The position numbers and the translations under genes are program-made. Below, one piece after another: positions 1 through 9,945 of a DNA stretch of 32,295 bases (positions are counted from its first letter, which is position 1; every line of letters starts with the position of its first letter). This stretch comes from Planctomycetota bacterium (lineage in GTDB: Bacteria > Planctomycetota > UBA11346). The stretch lies in contig JBILDK010000001.1 in NCBI GenBank assembly GCA_044352625.1, positions 1-32,295 on the forward strand. Direction: 5' to 3'. The notes beneath the pieces were generated by a model, which saw only the letters and a list, made by a program, of their open reading frames with translations, was not told the origin of the DNA and made no database searches.

Positions 1-7
1 ATTGGGC

Positions 8-631
8 TCAGTTCGCGGGGCGGTCGCGTAGCGCGAAGCTCGCTGCCAAGCCGCCGAGGAAGCCGCCGAGGTGCATCTCCCAGCTGATATGCTCCGGCGC
101 ACGCCAGGGCAGCATGCTGGTGAGGGCTGCGCCATAGAGCAGAACCACGGGCACGGCGATGAGCAGCGGCAGGCAGCCGCGGCGGAAGATCGCATTGCCT
201 AGGAGCAGGGCGACAAAGCCGAAGATCACGCCGCTGGCGCCGACATGGATCGACGTGGGATCGCCGATGATCCAGGTGAGCAGCCCCCCAGTCAGCGCCG
301 CGAGGACCGCGGCGGTGGTGGCGGCATTGCGCCCGCTCTTCAGCGCCAGATAGCCGGTGACGAACAGCGCCAGGGAGTTTGCCGCGAGGTGCGCCATGCC
401 CGCGTGCAGGAACGGCGCACAGGGGATGCCGATCAAGCCCCAGGGATCACGTGGCCGCAGGCCGCAGTGCACGCTCAGCCAGCCGCCAGCCCAGGGGCTG
501 CTGCCCGCCAGTTCGGGCGGCCGGGGCAGCAGCAGGGTGCAGACGATATCAAGCGCGAGCACGATCCACAAAACACAAAGCCCGCGGGAGACCGTCAGCA
601 GGTCGCCCGCGGGCCCGTTGGCCTTGGCCAC
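8..631 (-). CDS. rhomboid family intramembrane serine protease (short ~6-TM form)
   Basis: 207-aa polytopic ORF carrying the rhomboid signature residues: HLAANS (H-x3-N), GASGVIFG (GxSG catalytic Ser) and MHLGGFLGG (catalytic His helix). The GTG start at 631 lies 4 nt after the stop of the upstream OmpA-like gene. Confidence 0.8.
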   Translation of the reverse strand: MAKANGPAGDLLTVSRGLCVLWIVLALDIVCTLLLPRPPELAGSSPWAGGWLSVHCGLRPRDPWGLIGIPCAPFLHAGMAHLAANSLALFVTGYLALKSGRNAATTAAVLAALTGGLLTWIIGDPTSIHVGASGVIFGFVALLLGNAIFRRGCLPLLIAVPVVLLYGAALTSMLPWRAPEHISWEMHLGGFLGGLAASFALRDRPAN

Positions 632-635
632 CGAT

Positions 636-1304
636 TCAGTTCTTGTCGGCGGCGGCTTCGGCGGCGGCGCCCTTGGGGATCACCACGATCTCGACCCGGC
701 GGTTTTTGGAGCGACCGGCGTCAGAGCTGTTGGAGGCCACCGCGCGCTGCTCGCCGTAGCCGGCGAAGCCCAGTTCGGAAGCGGGGATGCCGCGGTCGAT
801 GAGGTAGTGCAGCACGGCCTGGCCGCGGCCGCCCGAGAGGTCCCAGTTGTCGGCCCACAGATCCTTCGAGCGAGTGATGGTCTGGTTGTCGGTGAAGCCT
901 TCGACGCGGACCCAGTGGTCGGGATACTGGGACTTGATGGTGGCGGCGACACGGGCCAGGGTGGCCTTGGCCTGGCTCGACAGTTCGGCCTTGCCGGGCT
1001 TGAACAGGATCGAATTTTCGATGGTCAGGACGACCTCGACCGGGCGTTCGTTGACGCTGACGCCTTCGCCGACGCCTTTGGCGGTGATGTCATGCTTGCC
1101 CTCGCCCTTGGCGGTCGAGGTAGCGATGGCGGCATTGGCATCACTCTCGCCCTTCTTGGCGAGTAGCGCCTCCAGCTCTTTGACCTGACGCTGCAGCTCT
1201 TCGGCTTCAACGCTCTTATAGGACAGGTCACGGTTTCCACCGCAGCCGGTGACGGTCAAGGCGATGGCGGCGAGGACGGGGAGGGCAAGGGCGCGGATGC
1301 TCAT
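636..1304 (-). CDS. OmpA-family (peptidoglycan-binding) lipoprotein
   Basis: ATG at 1304 gives MSIRALALPVLAAIALTVTGCGG, a lipoprotein signal with lipobox LTVTGC. The C-terminal OmpA_C-like domain is VRVEGFTDN...LSGGRGQAVLHYL...NRRVEIVVIP. The longer track ORF (to 1406) adds an unlikely Pro/Arg-rich leader. Confidence 0.85.
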   Translation of the reverse strand: MSIRALALPVLAAIALTVTGCGGNRDLSYKSVEAEELQRQVKELEALLAKKGESDANAAIATSTAKGEGKHDITAKGVGEGVSVNERPVEVVLTIENSILFKPGKAELSSQAKATLARVAATIKSQYPDHWVRVEGFTDNQTITRSKDLWADNWDLSGGRGQAVLHYLIDRGIPASELGFAGYGEQRAVASNSSDAGRSKNRRVEIVVIPKGAAAEAAADKN

Positions 1305-1371
1305 GGTCGACTCATTTAAGGGAAGGGAGGTTCGGAAGCAAGGTGACGCCTGCGGGCGGCGAAGCGGGGGT

Positions 1372-1402
1372 TGCAACCCGGCTTGAGCCAAGCCGGGTTG
1401 CA
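1372..1402. promoter_or_regulatory. perfect 14-bp/3-nt-loop palindrome in a divergent promoter region
   Basis: TGCAACCCGGCTTG-AGC-CAAGCCGGGTTGCA read directly from the sequence. It sits between the divergent OmpA-like gene (start 1304) and the ABC ATPase gene (start 1466). Confidence 0.5.
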
Positions 1403-1465
1403 TCACGGCACAGCGCGGCCAGATCCCAGGTTGACCCCCCCCCGACCCGGCTTCATATCTGCCCC

Positions 1466-2329
1466 ATGCCTGATCCCGTCCTTCAGACCAAGGGCCTGAC
1501 CAAGACCTACACCGATTTCTGGGGGCGTCCGCGAGTGACGGCGCTCAAACCGTTGACCCTCGACGTGATGCCCGGCGAAGTGTTTGGGCTGCTCGGACCC
1601 AACGGCTCGGGCAAGACCACCACCATCAAGCTACTGCTCGGGCTGTTGCGGCCGACCGGTGGCGATGCGTTCGTATTCGGGCGCGATCCGGGAGACCGCG
1701 AGGCCAAGGGCCGCATTGGCTACCTGCCCGAAGAGACCTATCTCTACAAGTTCCTCGACGCCGAGGAGACCCTCGCGTTCTTTGGTCGGCTGTTCGCAAT
1801 GCCTGCTGCATTGATCAAGAGTCGCAGCGATGAGCTGATCCAGCTGGTTGGTCTGAGCCACGCCCGTAAGCGTCGGTTGGGAGAGTATTCCAAAGGCATG
1901 GCGCGGCGCCTTGGCTTGGCCCAGGCGCTGATCAACGATCCATCGTTGGTGATTCTCGATGAGCCGACTTCGGGGCTCGATCCGCTTGGCTCTGCCGAGG
2001 TCAAGGAGTTGATCGTCAGACTCAAGCGCGCGGGCAAGACCGTGCTGCTGTGCAGCCACCTGCTGGCGGATGTCGAGGACGTGTGCGACCGCATCGCGAT
2101 CCTCCACCAGGGTACGCTGCGCGAAATGGGGCGGGTCGATGATCTGCTGCGCGCCGATGATCGCTCCATGGTCGAGCTGAATGCGCCAAGCGCCGAAGTT
2201 CTGGCCGCGGTGCGCGCCGCTGCCGGCGACAGCCTGCTTGGCGTGGCTCCTCCGCGTGAACGCCTGGAGGCGCATTTTCGTCGTATCATCGCCGAGGCCT
2301 CGGCGAAGCCACCGGAGCCCAAGGCGTGA
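1466..2329 (+). CDS. ABC transporter ATP-binding protein
   Basis: Walker A GPNGSGKTT, signature-like YSKGMARRLGLA, Walker B LVILDEPTSGLD, H-loop LLCSHLL. The ATG at 1466 (MPDPVLQTKGLTKTY) matches the usual N-terminus of this family. Confidence 0.9.
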   Translation: MPDPVLQTKGLTKTYTDFWGRPRVTALKPLTLDVMPGEVFGLLGPNGSGKTTTIKLLLGLLRPTGGDAFVFGRDPGDREAKGRIGYLPEETYLYKFLDAEETLAFFGRLFAMPAALIKSRSDELIQLVGLSHARKRRLGEYSKGMARRLGLAQALINDPSLVILDEPTSGLDPLGSAEVKELIVRLKRAGKTVLLCSHLLADVEDVCDRIAILHQGTLREMGRVDDLLRADDRSMVELNAPSAEVLAAVRAAAGDSLLGVAPPRERLEAHFRRIIAEASAKPPEPKA

Positions 2330-3651
2330 GGACGCTGCTCTGGGGCATTGGCGCCGTTGCCGCCGTCACCGTGCGCGAGGCCATGCGACAGCGCCTCTGG
2401 ATCCTGTTCCTCGTCGCCGGCGTGGTGGTCATGGTGGCGGGTTTCCGGCTGGGCGCAGTGGACCCCTCGGCGCGACTGAAGTTGGCGGTGGTCACCATCA
2501 CTGCCGCGATCGGCTTCGTCGTGGTGCTGCTCTCAATCCTCACTGGCTCGGGCATGCTGCGGCGCGACCTCGACGGCCGCTACGCGTTCCTGTTGTTCGC
2601 CAAGCCGTTGCCGCGCTTGGGCTATCTGCTCGGGCGCCTGACAGGGGTTCTGGGAGTGCTCCTCGTCGGCATCATCAGCCTGTCCGCCCTTGGCTCTGCA
2701 ATGGTGGCGTGGCGGTTCGAGCAGACGCCGCGCATGCTTGATGTCGCGGTGCCCTTCGACTGGCAGGAGCTGTCCTCTCTGGGCGAAGCGGTACCGGTGA
2801 CCGAAGGGCGCAAACGCGTTGCCCTTTCCGGTGCTCCAGGCAACGGTGTGCGCTGGTCGCTGAGCGGATTGCCCACCTCCAACCTGCCTGATGGCGGGCT
2901 GGATGTGCTGCTGCGTGTGCAGGTCAGAGGCGCGGATGCGGGCGTGAATATCGAGGACTGCCTAGCCACCGTGACCGCCGCGCCCGGCGCAGGAGCACGC
3001 ATCGGCGAGCGCCGGGTGCTGCCGCTGGATGTGGCCAGCCCCTATGGTCGCGGCGCTGATGACAGCCAAGCGGGGGACGGCCAGGTGATGCTGCGTCATC
3101 GCGACACCACCCGCACCGACTACAACCAGGACTGGATGCGGCTTAAACTGCCGGCCGAGCTGATCGCGTCGGACGGTAGCACCACCATCGAGCTCACGCG
3201 GCTGGAAAACCGTGCCACCGTCACCGTCTCCAAGGCGGACAGTTTGGTGGTCGCGCAACCCGGTGGGAGCTTGTTTGCCAACCTGGTGCGTGGCGGCTTG
3301 GTCCTGCTCGCCTCCGCAGCAATGCTCTGTGCGTTCACCCTCCTGCTGGGCGTGGTGTCCAAGCTTGGCGTTGTGCTGCTCGGCGGCTTGACGTTGTTCT
3401 TCGCGGGCAATGTGGTGTGGACCATCGCCGATACGCTGGAGTACGAGAAGGTCTCGGTACCGGTGCGCCGACTGCTGGAGGCTGCGATAGCGATTTTGCC
3501 CGATTTCGACCGCTTCACCGTTGCCGCGCGGCTGGCCGCGAGCCAAGCCGTACCGTGGTCGGCGGTGGCCGGCGCTTGGGCCTATTACGGAATATTTACC
3601 GCATTTTTCATGGCTCTGGCGGGCCTCGCGCTGCGCAGGAAGGAACTATGA
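2326..3651 (+). CDS. ABC-2-like permease / polytopic membrane protein with a large non-membrane insert
   Basis: The GTG start overlaps the ATPase stop (GTGA at 2326-2329), with GGAG 8 nt upstream. Hydrophobic helices sit at both ends (aa ~20-130 and ~320-440) around a ~190-aa hydrophilic central segment. Confidence 0.65.
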   Translation: MRTLLWGIGAVAAVTVREAMRQRLWILFLVAGVVVMVAGFRLGAVDPSARLKLAVVTITAAIGFVVVLLSILTGSGMLRRDLDGRYAFLLFAKPLPRLGYLLGRLTGVLGVLLVGIISLSALGSAMVAWRFEQTPRMLDVAVPFDWQELSSLGEAVPVTEGRKRVALSGAPGNGVRWSLSGLPTSNLPDGGLDVLLRVQVRGADAGVNIEDCLATVTAAPGAGARIGERRVLPLDVASPYGRGADDSQAGDGQVMLRHRDTTRTDYNQDWMRLKLPAELIASDGSTTIELTRLENRATVTVSKADSLVVAQPGGSLFANLVRGGLVLLASAAMLCAFTLLLGVVSKLGVVLLGGLTLFFAGNVVWTIADTLEYEKVSVPVRRLLEAAIAILPDFDRFTVAARLAASQAVPWSAVAGAWAYYGIFTAFFMALAGLALRRKEL

Positions 3652-3773
3652 ACGCGGAACAGACAACGCGGCGCGCGGAACGCGGAACCTGGGACGGAAC
3701 AGTCCGCTTCCCATGGGTGATAGGATCATCGGTTGTATCGCGTGGTTACGGTCGGCTGTTTAGTTCCGCGTTC
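3650..3773. repeat. 11-nt motif GAACGCGGAAC in three exact copies (two direct, one inverted)
   Basis: GAACGCGGAAC at 3650-3660 and 3678-3688. Its exact reverse complement GTTCCGCGTTC is at 3763-3773. A related GACGGAAC is at 3693-3700. Confidence 0.6.
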
Positions 3774-3802
3774 GCGAGGTGTCCCCCGTCCGGAGCGTGC
3801 CC

Positions 3803-4861
3803 GTGAGTCCGCGCATCATCCTGAGCCTGGGCGTAGCCCTCATGATCGCTGCCCAGGTGGTGGCGTCGTTCGTGATCGTGCCCCTACGTCCGGCGCCGAC
3901 GAAGGCCCAGGAAGTGTTCGACGCGCTGACGCCCGGCGAGTTCGCCGGCACGCTCATGCTCGGCGGGTTCCGTGGACTGGCCTGCGACCTGCTGTGGATG
4001 CGTGCGGATCTCGCCAAAGAGAACGGACGCTTCTACGAGTCGGTCGCACTATTCCAGACCATCAGTCGAGTGCAGCCGCGCTTTGAGCAGGCCTGGGCCT
4101 ACATGTCCTGGGATCTGGCCTACAACCTGTCGCACGAGGTCGAAAGCGACGAGGCCAAGTGGTCTTGGGTGATGGCTGGACTGCGCGCCAACATTGAGGG
4201 TGTCGGCCGCAATCCCGGCTCTGAGAAGTTGCTGCGCCACCTCGCCTGGATGTTCCATCATAAGGGCGATCTGTTCCACAGCCGCATCGAGGCGGCGCGC
4301 TGGGCCAGCGAATTGAATCCGGTCCTGGCGGCGGTGAACGCCCAGGTTGACACTGGGCGCGAGATCACGCTCTTCGAGGATCAGGCCGGCTACGCAAATT
4401 TCGACATCTCTGCACGCTTGTACCGGGCCGCCATCGCCCTGGCCGAGGCAAACGGGGGCAACGGGCCGCCGTCGTTCGTGCGCCGTTTGGTGCCGTTGGC
4501 GATGGAAAGCGCTGGCAATATCAGGCGCAACCGCGGTGACCACCTCGGGGCTCTGAGCCGCTATCTCGGGGCGCTGCGTTCCTGGCAAGAGGTCAAAACC
4601 TGGGCTGACCAGCCCGGCCGGAGCGACAGTGACCAGTTCCAGCGTCGGGCGACCAACGAGAGCTACGAGCGCAACGAGGGCAGCCTGCGGCGCAAGGCGG
4701 CTCAGCTCGCGCGGAGCCTCGCCCCGACCCCCGAGCTGGGCGAGGAGCTGGTGGTAGCAATTGATGCTCGGCGTTTCGCTGACAGTGAACAGATGTTGGC
4801 TCGGCCTGGTTGGCGCAGCGCCATCGCCCGGGGCGGCGTGCGCTGGCTTGACGAGCGCTAA
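3803..4861 (+). CDS. hypothetical membrane-anchored protein (N-terminal TM helix, helical-repeat-like body)
   Basis: Same frame as track ORF 3779..4861. The GTG at 3803 has GGAG 7 nt upstream. It has an N-terminal hydrophobic helix (IILSLGVALMIAAQVVASFVIV) and a Trp/Ala/Leu-rich helical remainder. I recognise no family. The stop is 4 nt before the ribF ATG. Confidence 0.55.
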   Translation: MSPRIILSLGVALMIAAQVVASFVIVPLRPAPTKAQEVFDALTPGEFAGTLMLGGFRGLACDLLWMRADLAKENGRFYESVALFQTISRVQPRFEQAWAYMSWDLAYNLSHEVESDEAKWSWVMAGLRANIEGVGRNPGSEKLLRHLAWMFHHKGDLFHSRIEAARWASELNPVLAAVNAQVDTGREITLFEDQAGYANFDISARLYRAAIALAEANGGNGPPSFVRRLVPLAMESAGNIRRNRGDHLGALSRYLGALRSWQEVKTWADQPGRSDSDQFQRRATNESYERNEGSLRRKAAQLARSLAPTPELGEELVVAIDARRFADSEQMLARPGWRSAIARGGVRWLDER

Positions 4862-4864
4862 ACC

Positions 4865-5734
4865 ATGACTGAGCTGACGGTCTGCATCGGCAAGTTCGAT
4901 GCGCTGCACCGTGGGCATCGCGCCTTGGCGGCGGCCTCCGCGGGCACTCCGGTGGCGCTGCTGAGTTTTGCGGGCATGCCCGCGGCGCTGGGCTGGACCC
5001 CGCGCCAGCCGCTGGTGGCCGCCGCGGACCGCCCGCGCATTCTGGCGGAATGGTCTGCGCAGCTCGGTGCGCCGGTGAGCGAGACGAGTCTGCCCTTTTC
5101 CGCCATCCGCGTGCTCGATGCTCCAGGATTCTGTCGCGTCCTGCATGCCCGGCTCAGAGCCACGGCTTTGGTGGTGGGTAGCGATTTCCGCGGCGGACGC
5201 GACCGAGCCACGGATGCCACGGGGTTCATGGTTGCCGCAGCCGCGGCGGGTATGAGATGCACCGTGGTACCGGTGGTGAACGATGACCTGGGGCCGGTGT
5301 CCTCGACGCGTTTGCGCGCAGCCCTGGCAGCGGGCGAGGTGGCGGCCGCCGCGGCGGGCCTGGGAAGGCCGCACCGCCTCTGCGGCACCGTGGTGCGCGG
5401 CGAGGGCCGTGGCCGGCGGATCGGGGTGCCGACCGCCAATCTCGGTGAGCGTCGCAATCTCGCTCCCGGCCATGGCGTCTATGCCGCCTGGGCGTGGCTT
5501 GGGGGGGAGCGGATTCGTGCCGCGGTGAATATCGGTCGATTGCCGACGGTGAGCCCTGATCACGCCGAGACGGTTGAGGCGCATCTCCTTGACTGGGAGG
5601 GGGACTGCTATGGTGCTGACTTGGCGCTGGAGTTCGTTGTCCGTATCCGTGAGGAACGGCGTTTCGCGGGACTGCCGGAATTGGTGACCCAGATTCAGCG
5701 GGATGTAGCGGCGGTTCGCGCAGCGTTGGGGTAA
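4865..5734 (+). CDS. ribF: bifunctional riboflavin kinase / FMN adenylyltransferase
   Basis: N-terminal FAD-synthetase motif GKFDALHRGH. C-terminal riboflavin-kinase region GEGRGRRIGVPTANL ... VEAHLLDWEGDCYG ... IREERRF. Confidence 0.9.
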   Translation: MTELTVCIGKFDALHRGHRALAAASAGTPVALLSFAGMPAALGWTPRQPLVAAADRPRILAEWSAQLGAPVSETSLPFSAIRVLDAPGFCRVLHARLRATALVVGSDFRGGRDRATDATGFMVAAAAAGMRCTVVPVVNDDLGPVSSTRLRAALAAGEVAAAAAGLGRPHRLCGTVVRGEGRGRRIGVPTANLGERRNLAPGHGVYAAWAWLGGERIRAAVNIGRLPTVSPDHAETVEAHLLDWEGDCYGADLALEFVVRIREERRFAGLPELVTQIQRDVAAVRAALG

Positions 5735-5868
5735 GGAGTTTTCGCGAAAGGTTCTTTGCCAGGGTCGAGCTGGGGATCGACCATCTCGGCTGCGCTATGG
5801 TGTACGATGGAATTGTTTCGCCTTGGGATGCGTCACCCCTCGTGGGCGAGACATGCCCGGCACACAAC

Positions 5869-5903
5869 AACGACCCCCGGTGCTTGTGGCACCGGGGGTC
5901 GTT
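5869..5903 (-). terminator. 15-bp perfect hairpin between convergent ribF and hppA
   Basis: AACGACCCCCGGTGC-TTGTG-GCACCGGGGGTCGTT. On the minus strand it follows the hppA stop (5925) and is followed by TTGTTGTGTG. Confidence 0.7.
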
Positions 5904-5924
5904 CCAGTCAGAGCCGGGAGCGGC

Positions 5925-8621
<2,697 letters not shown>

Positions 8622-8699
8622 GACGACTCCTTCCGTGACGGCAGGTTCCCCGACATCTGTGTAAAAGAATCCACAAATCGGAATTAGTGGAACCACCTA

Positions 8700-8880
8700 T
8701 CAATTTATGAATCGGTACCTATGCAAAAACGGCATCAATAGTGCGGCGCGCAACACGAGATCTATTGATGGTCGTGCGTGATGGTCAGCTTCGACCAATT
8801 CAGTCGCACATCACAGTTATTAATCATATCCAATTGCTGTACATGTAATTAAGTATTTTTCACTTGAGGCAGATGAGGCT
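8700..8880. promoter_or_regulatory. visibly AT-rich divergent promoter region (hppA vs ECF sigma side)
   Basis: Base composition differs sharply from the flanks. It holds a 9-bp inverted repeat CATCAATAG (8733-8741) / CTATTGATG (8762-8770) and the palindrome TACATGTA (8840-8847). Confidence 0.4.
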
Positions 8881-9190
8881 CCCGAGGCGGTGTGCCCATG
8901 GGCAATCGCTGTTCGCCGGACGGGACAACGCCTGTTCTGCGCGGCGCTGCGCACCTTGTTCTGTTCGTCTGGTTGCAGTTATGAAGGGGTAATCAATGCG
9001 CCAACTGATGCCAAGGTCATCTCTGTGCCGACCGACTCACCGGCGCCAATCGCGACCGGGACGCTGCCCCACGGCTCAACACCCGTAGGTAGCAACACGT
9101 TCCACGCGGACCTCGTGGTGGATGGTGATGAGGTGGTCGCTGCTGGCGGCGCACGGGTGCGTTAAGGCCAGAGCAACATAGCATCCCGGC

Positions 9191-9712
9191 GTGAGCGACA
9201 CGGATGCCCTGCTGGTTGAGCGTTGCCGCAGTGGTGATCGCAGTGCGTTTGCCGCTCTGGTGGCGGTGCATCTGCCGCGCATGCACGCCATCGCCGTGGC
9301 CGTGGTACACGACCCGGTCGTGGCCGATGACGTGGTCCAGGAAACCTTCCTCAAGGCCTGGACGCGGCTTGGTCAGCTCACTGATCCTACGACCTTCGCT
9401 GCCTGGACCGCTCGGATTACACGCAACGAAGCGATTAGCGTCTTGCGTCGCTCCCGTCAGGCCCGCTCCGTTCCGGTCGAGGAGGCCATGCTCACCGCAC
9501 CAAACGCAGAGGAACCCGACCCGCGCTTCGCTGCCTTGCGTACCGCCCTCGTCGGGCTCAAACCGGAATACCGCGAAATCCTCGCGCTGCGCTACGACGC
9601 GAACCTCGACTACGAGGCGATCAGCGCGACTCTCGGCATTACCCGGGCGAACGTCGAGAAGCGCCTCTATCGCGCCCGGCAAGCATTGCTTTCGTCCATG
9701 TCCGTGTCGTAA
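9191..9712 (+). CDS. RNA polymerase ECF-type sigma-70 family factor
   Basis: Region 2-like segment DDVVQETFLKAW...FAAWTARITRNEAISVLRR. Region 4-like segment LKPEYREILALRYDANLDYEAISATLGITRANVEKRLYRARQAL. GTG start. Confidence 0.9.
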   Translation: MSDTDALLVERCRSGDRSAFAALVAVHLPRMHAIAVAVVHDPVVADDVVQETFLKAWTRLGQLTDPTTFAAWTARITRNEAISVLRRSRQARSVPVEEAMLTAPNAEEPDPRFAALRTALVGLKPEYREILALRYDANLDYEAISATLGITRANVEKRLYRARQALLSSMSVS

Positions 9713-9725
9713 AACAGGCCCGTAG

Positions 9726-9925
9726 ACGGTGCGGTCGGCGCTACGCGCCGGGTGCGGTGGCCCGGCTGCGCCTGGGCCGGTGCGGTGTTCGCTGCGCTCA
9801 CGGTGCGATGCGAAGCGACCGCACCCGCGGCCCCCGGCCGCGACCGAACCGCAGGGCCGCAGGCCCGCACCGCACCCGGCGCGTGGCGCCGACCGCACCG
9901 TGCGCGCAGCGCACACCGCACCGTT
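9726..9925. repeat. REP/BIME-like cluster: 4 forward + 4 reverse units (~22-28 nt) with octamer core GGTGCGGT
   Basis: GGTGCGGT at 9728, 9751 and 9779, and degenerate GGTGCGAT at 9802. ACCGCACC at 9818, 9869, 9892 and 9915. Arm 9726-9759 is the reverse complement of 9868-9901 (33/34). Arm 9778-9797 is the reverse complement of 9904-9923 (19/20). Confidence 0.75.
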
Positions 9926-9945
9926 ATCGACGTTGTTCGCGAGGT

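Noticed and set aside
4049-5584. 511-aa minus-strand ORF
   Set aside because: Antisense to the membrane-anchored protein gene and ribF. The translation is Arg/Ala/Pro/Gly-rich junk, while the plus-strand genes carry clear family motifs.
9726-9925. Repeat array considered as a CRISPR locus
   Set aside because: The units are only ~22-28 nt with essentially no unique spacers. Half are in inverted orientation, and no cas genes are nearby. The pattern fits REP/BIME-type elements instead.
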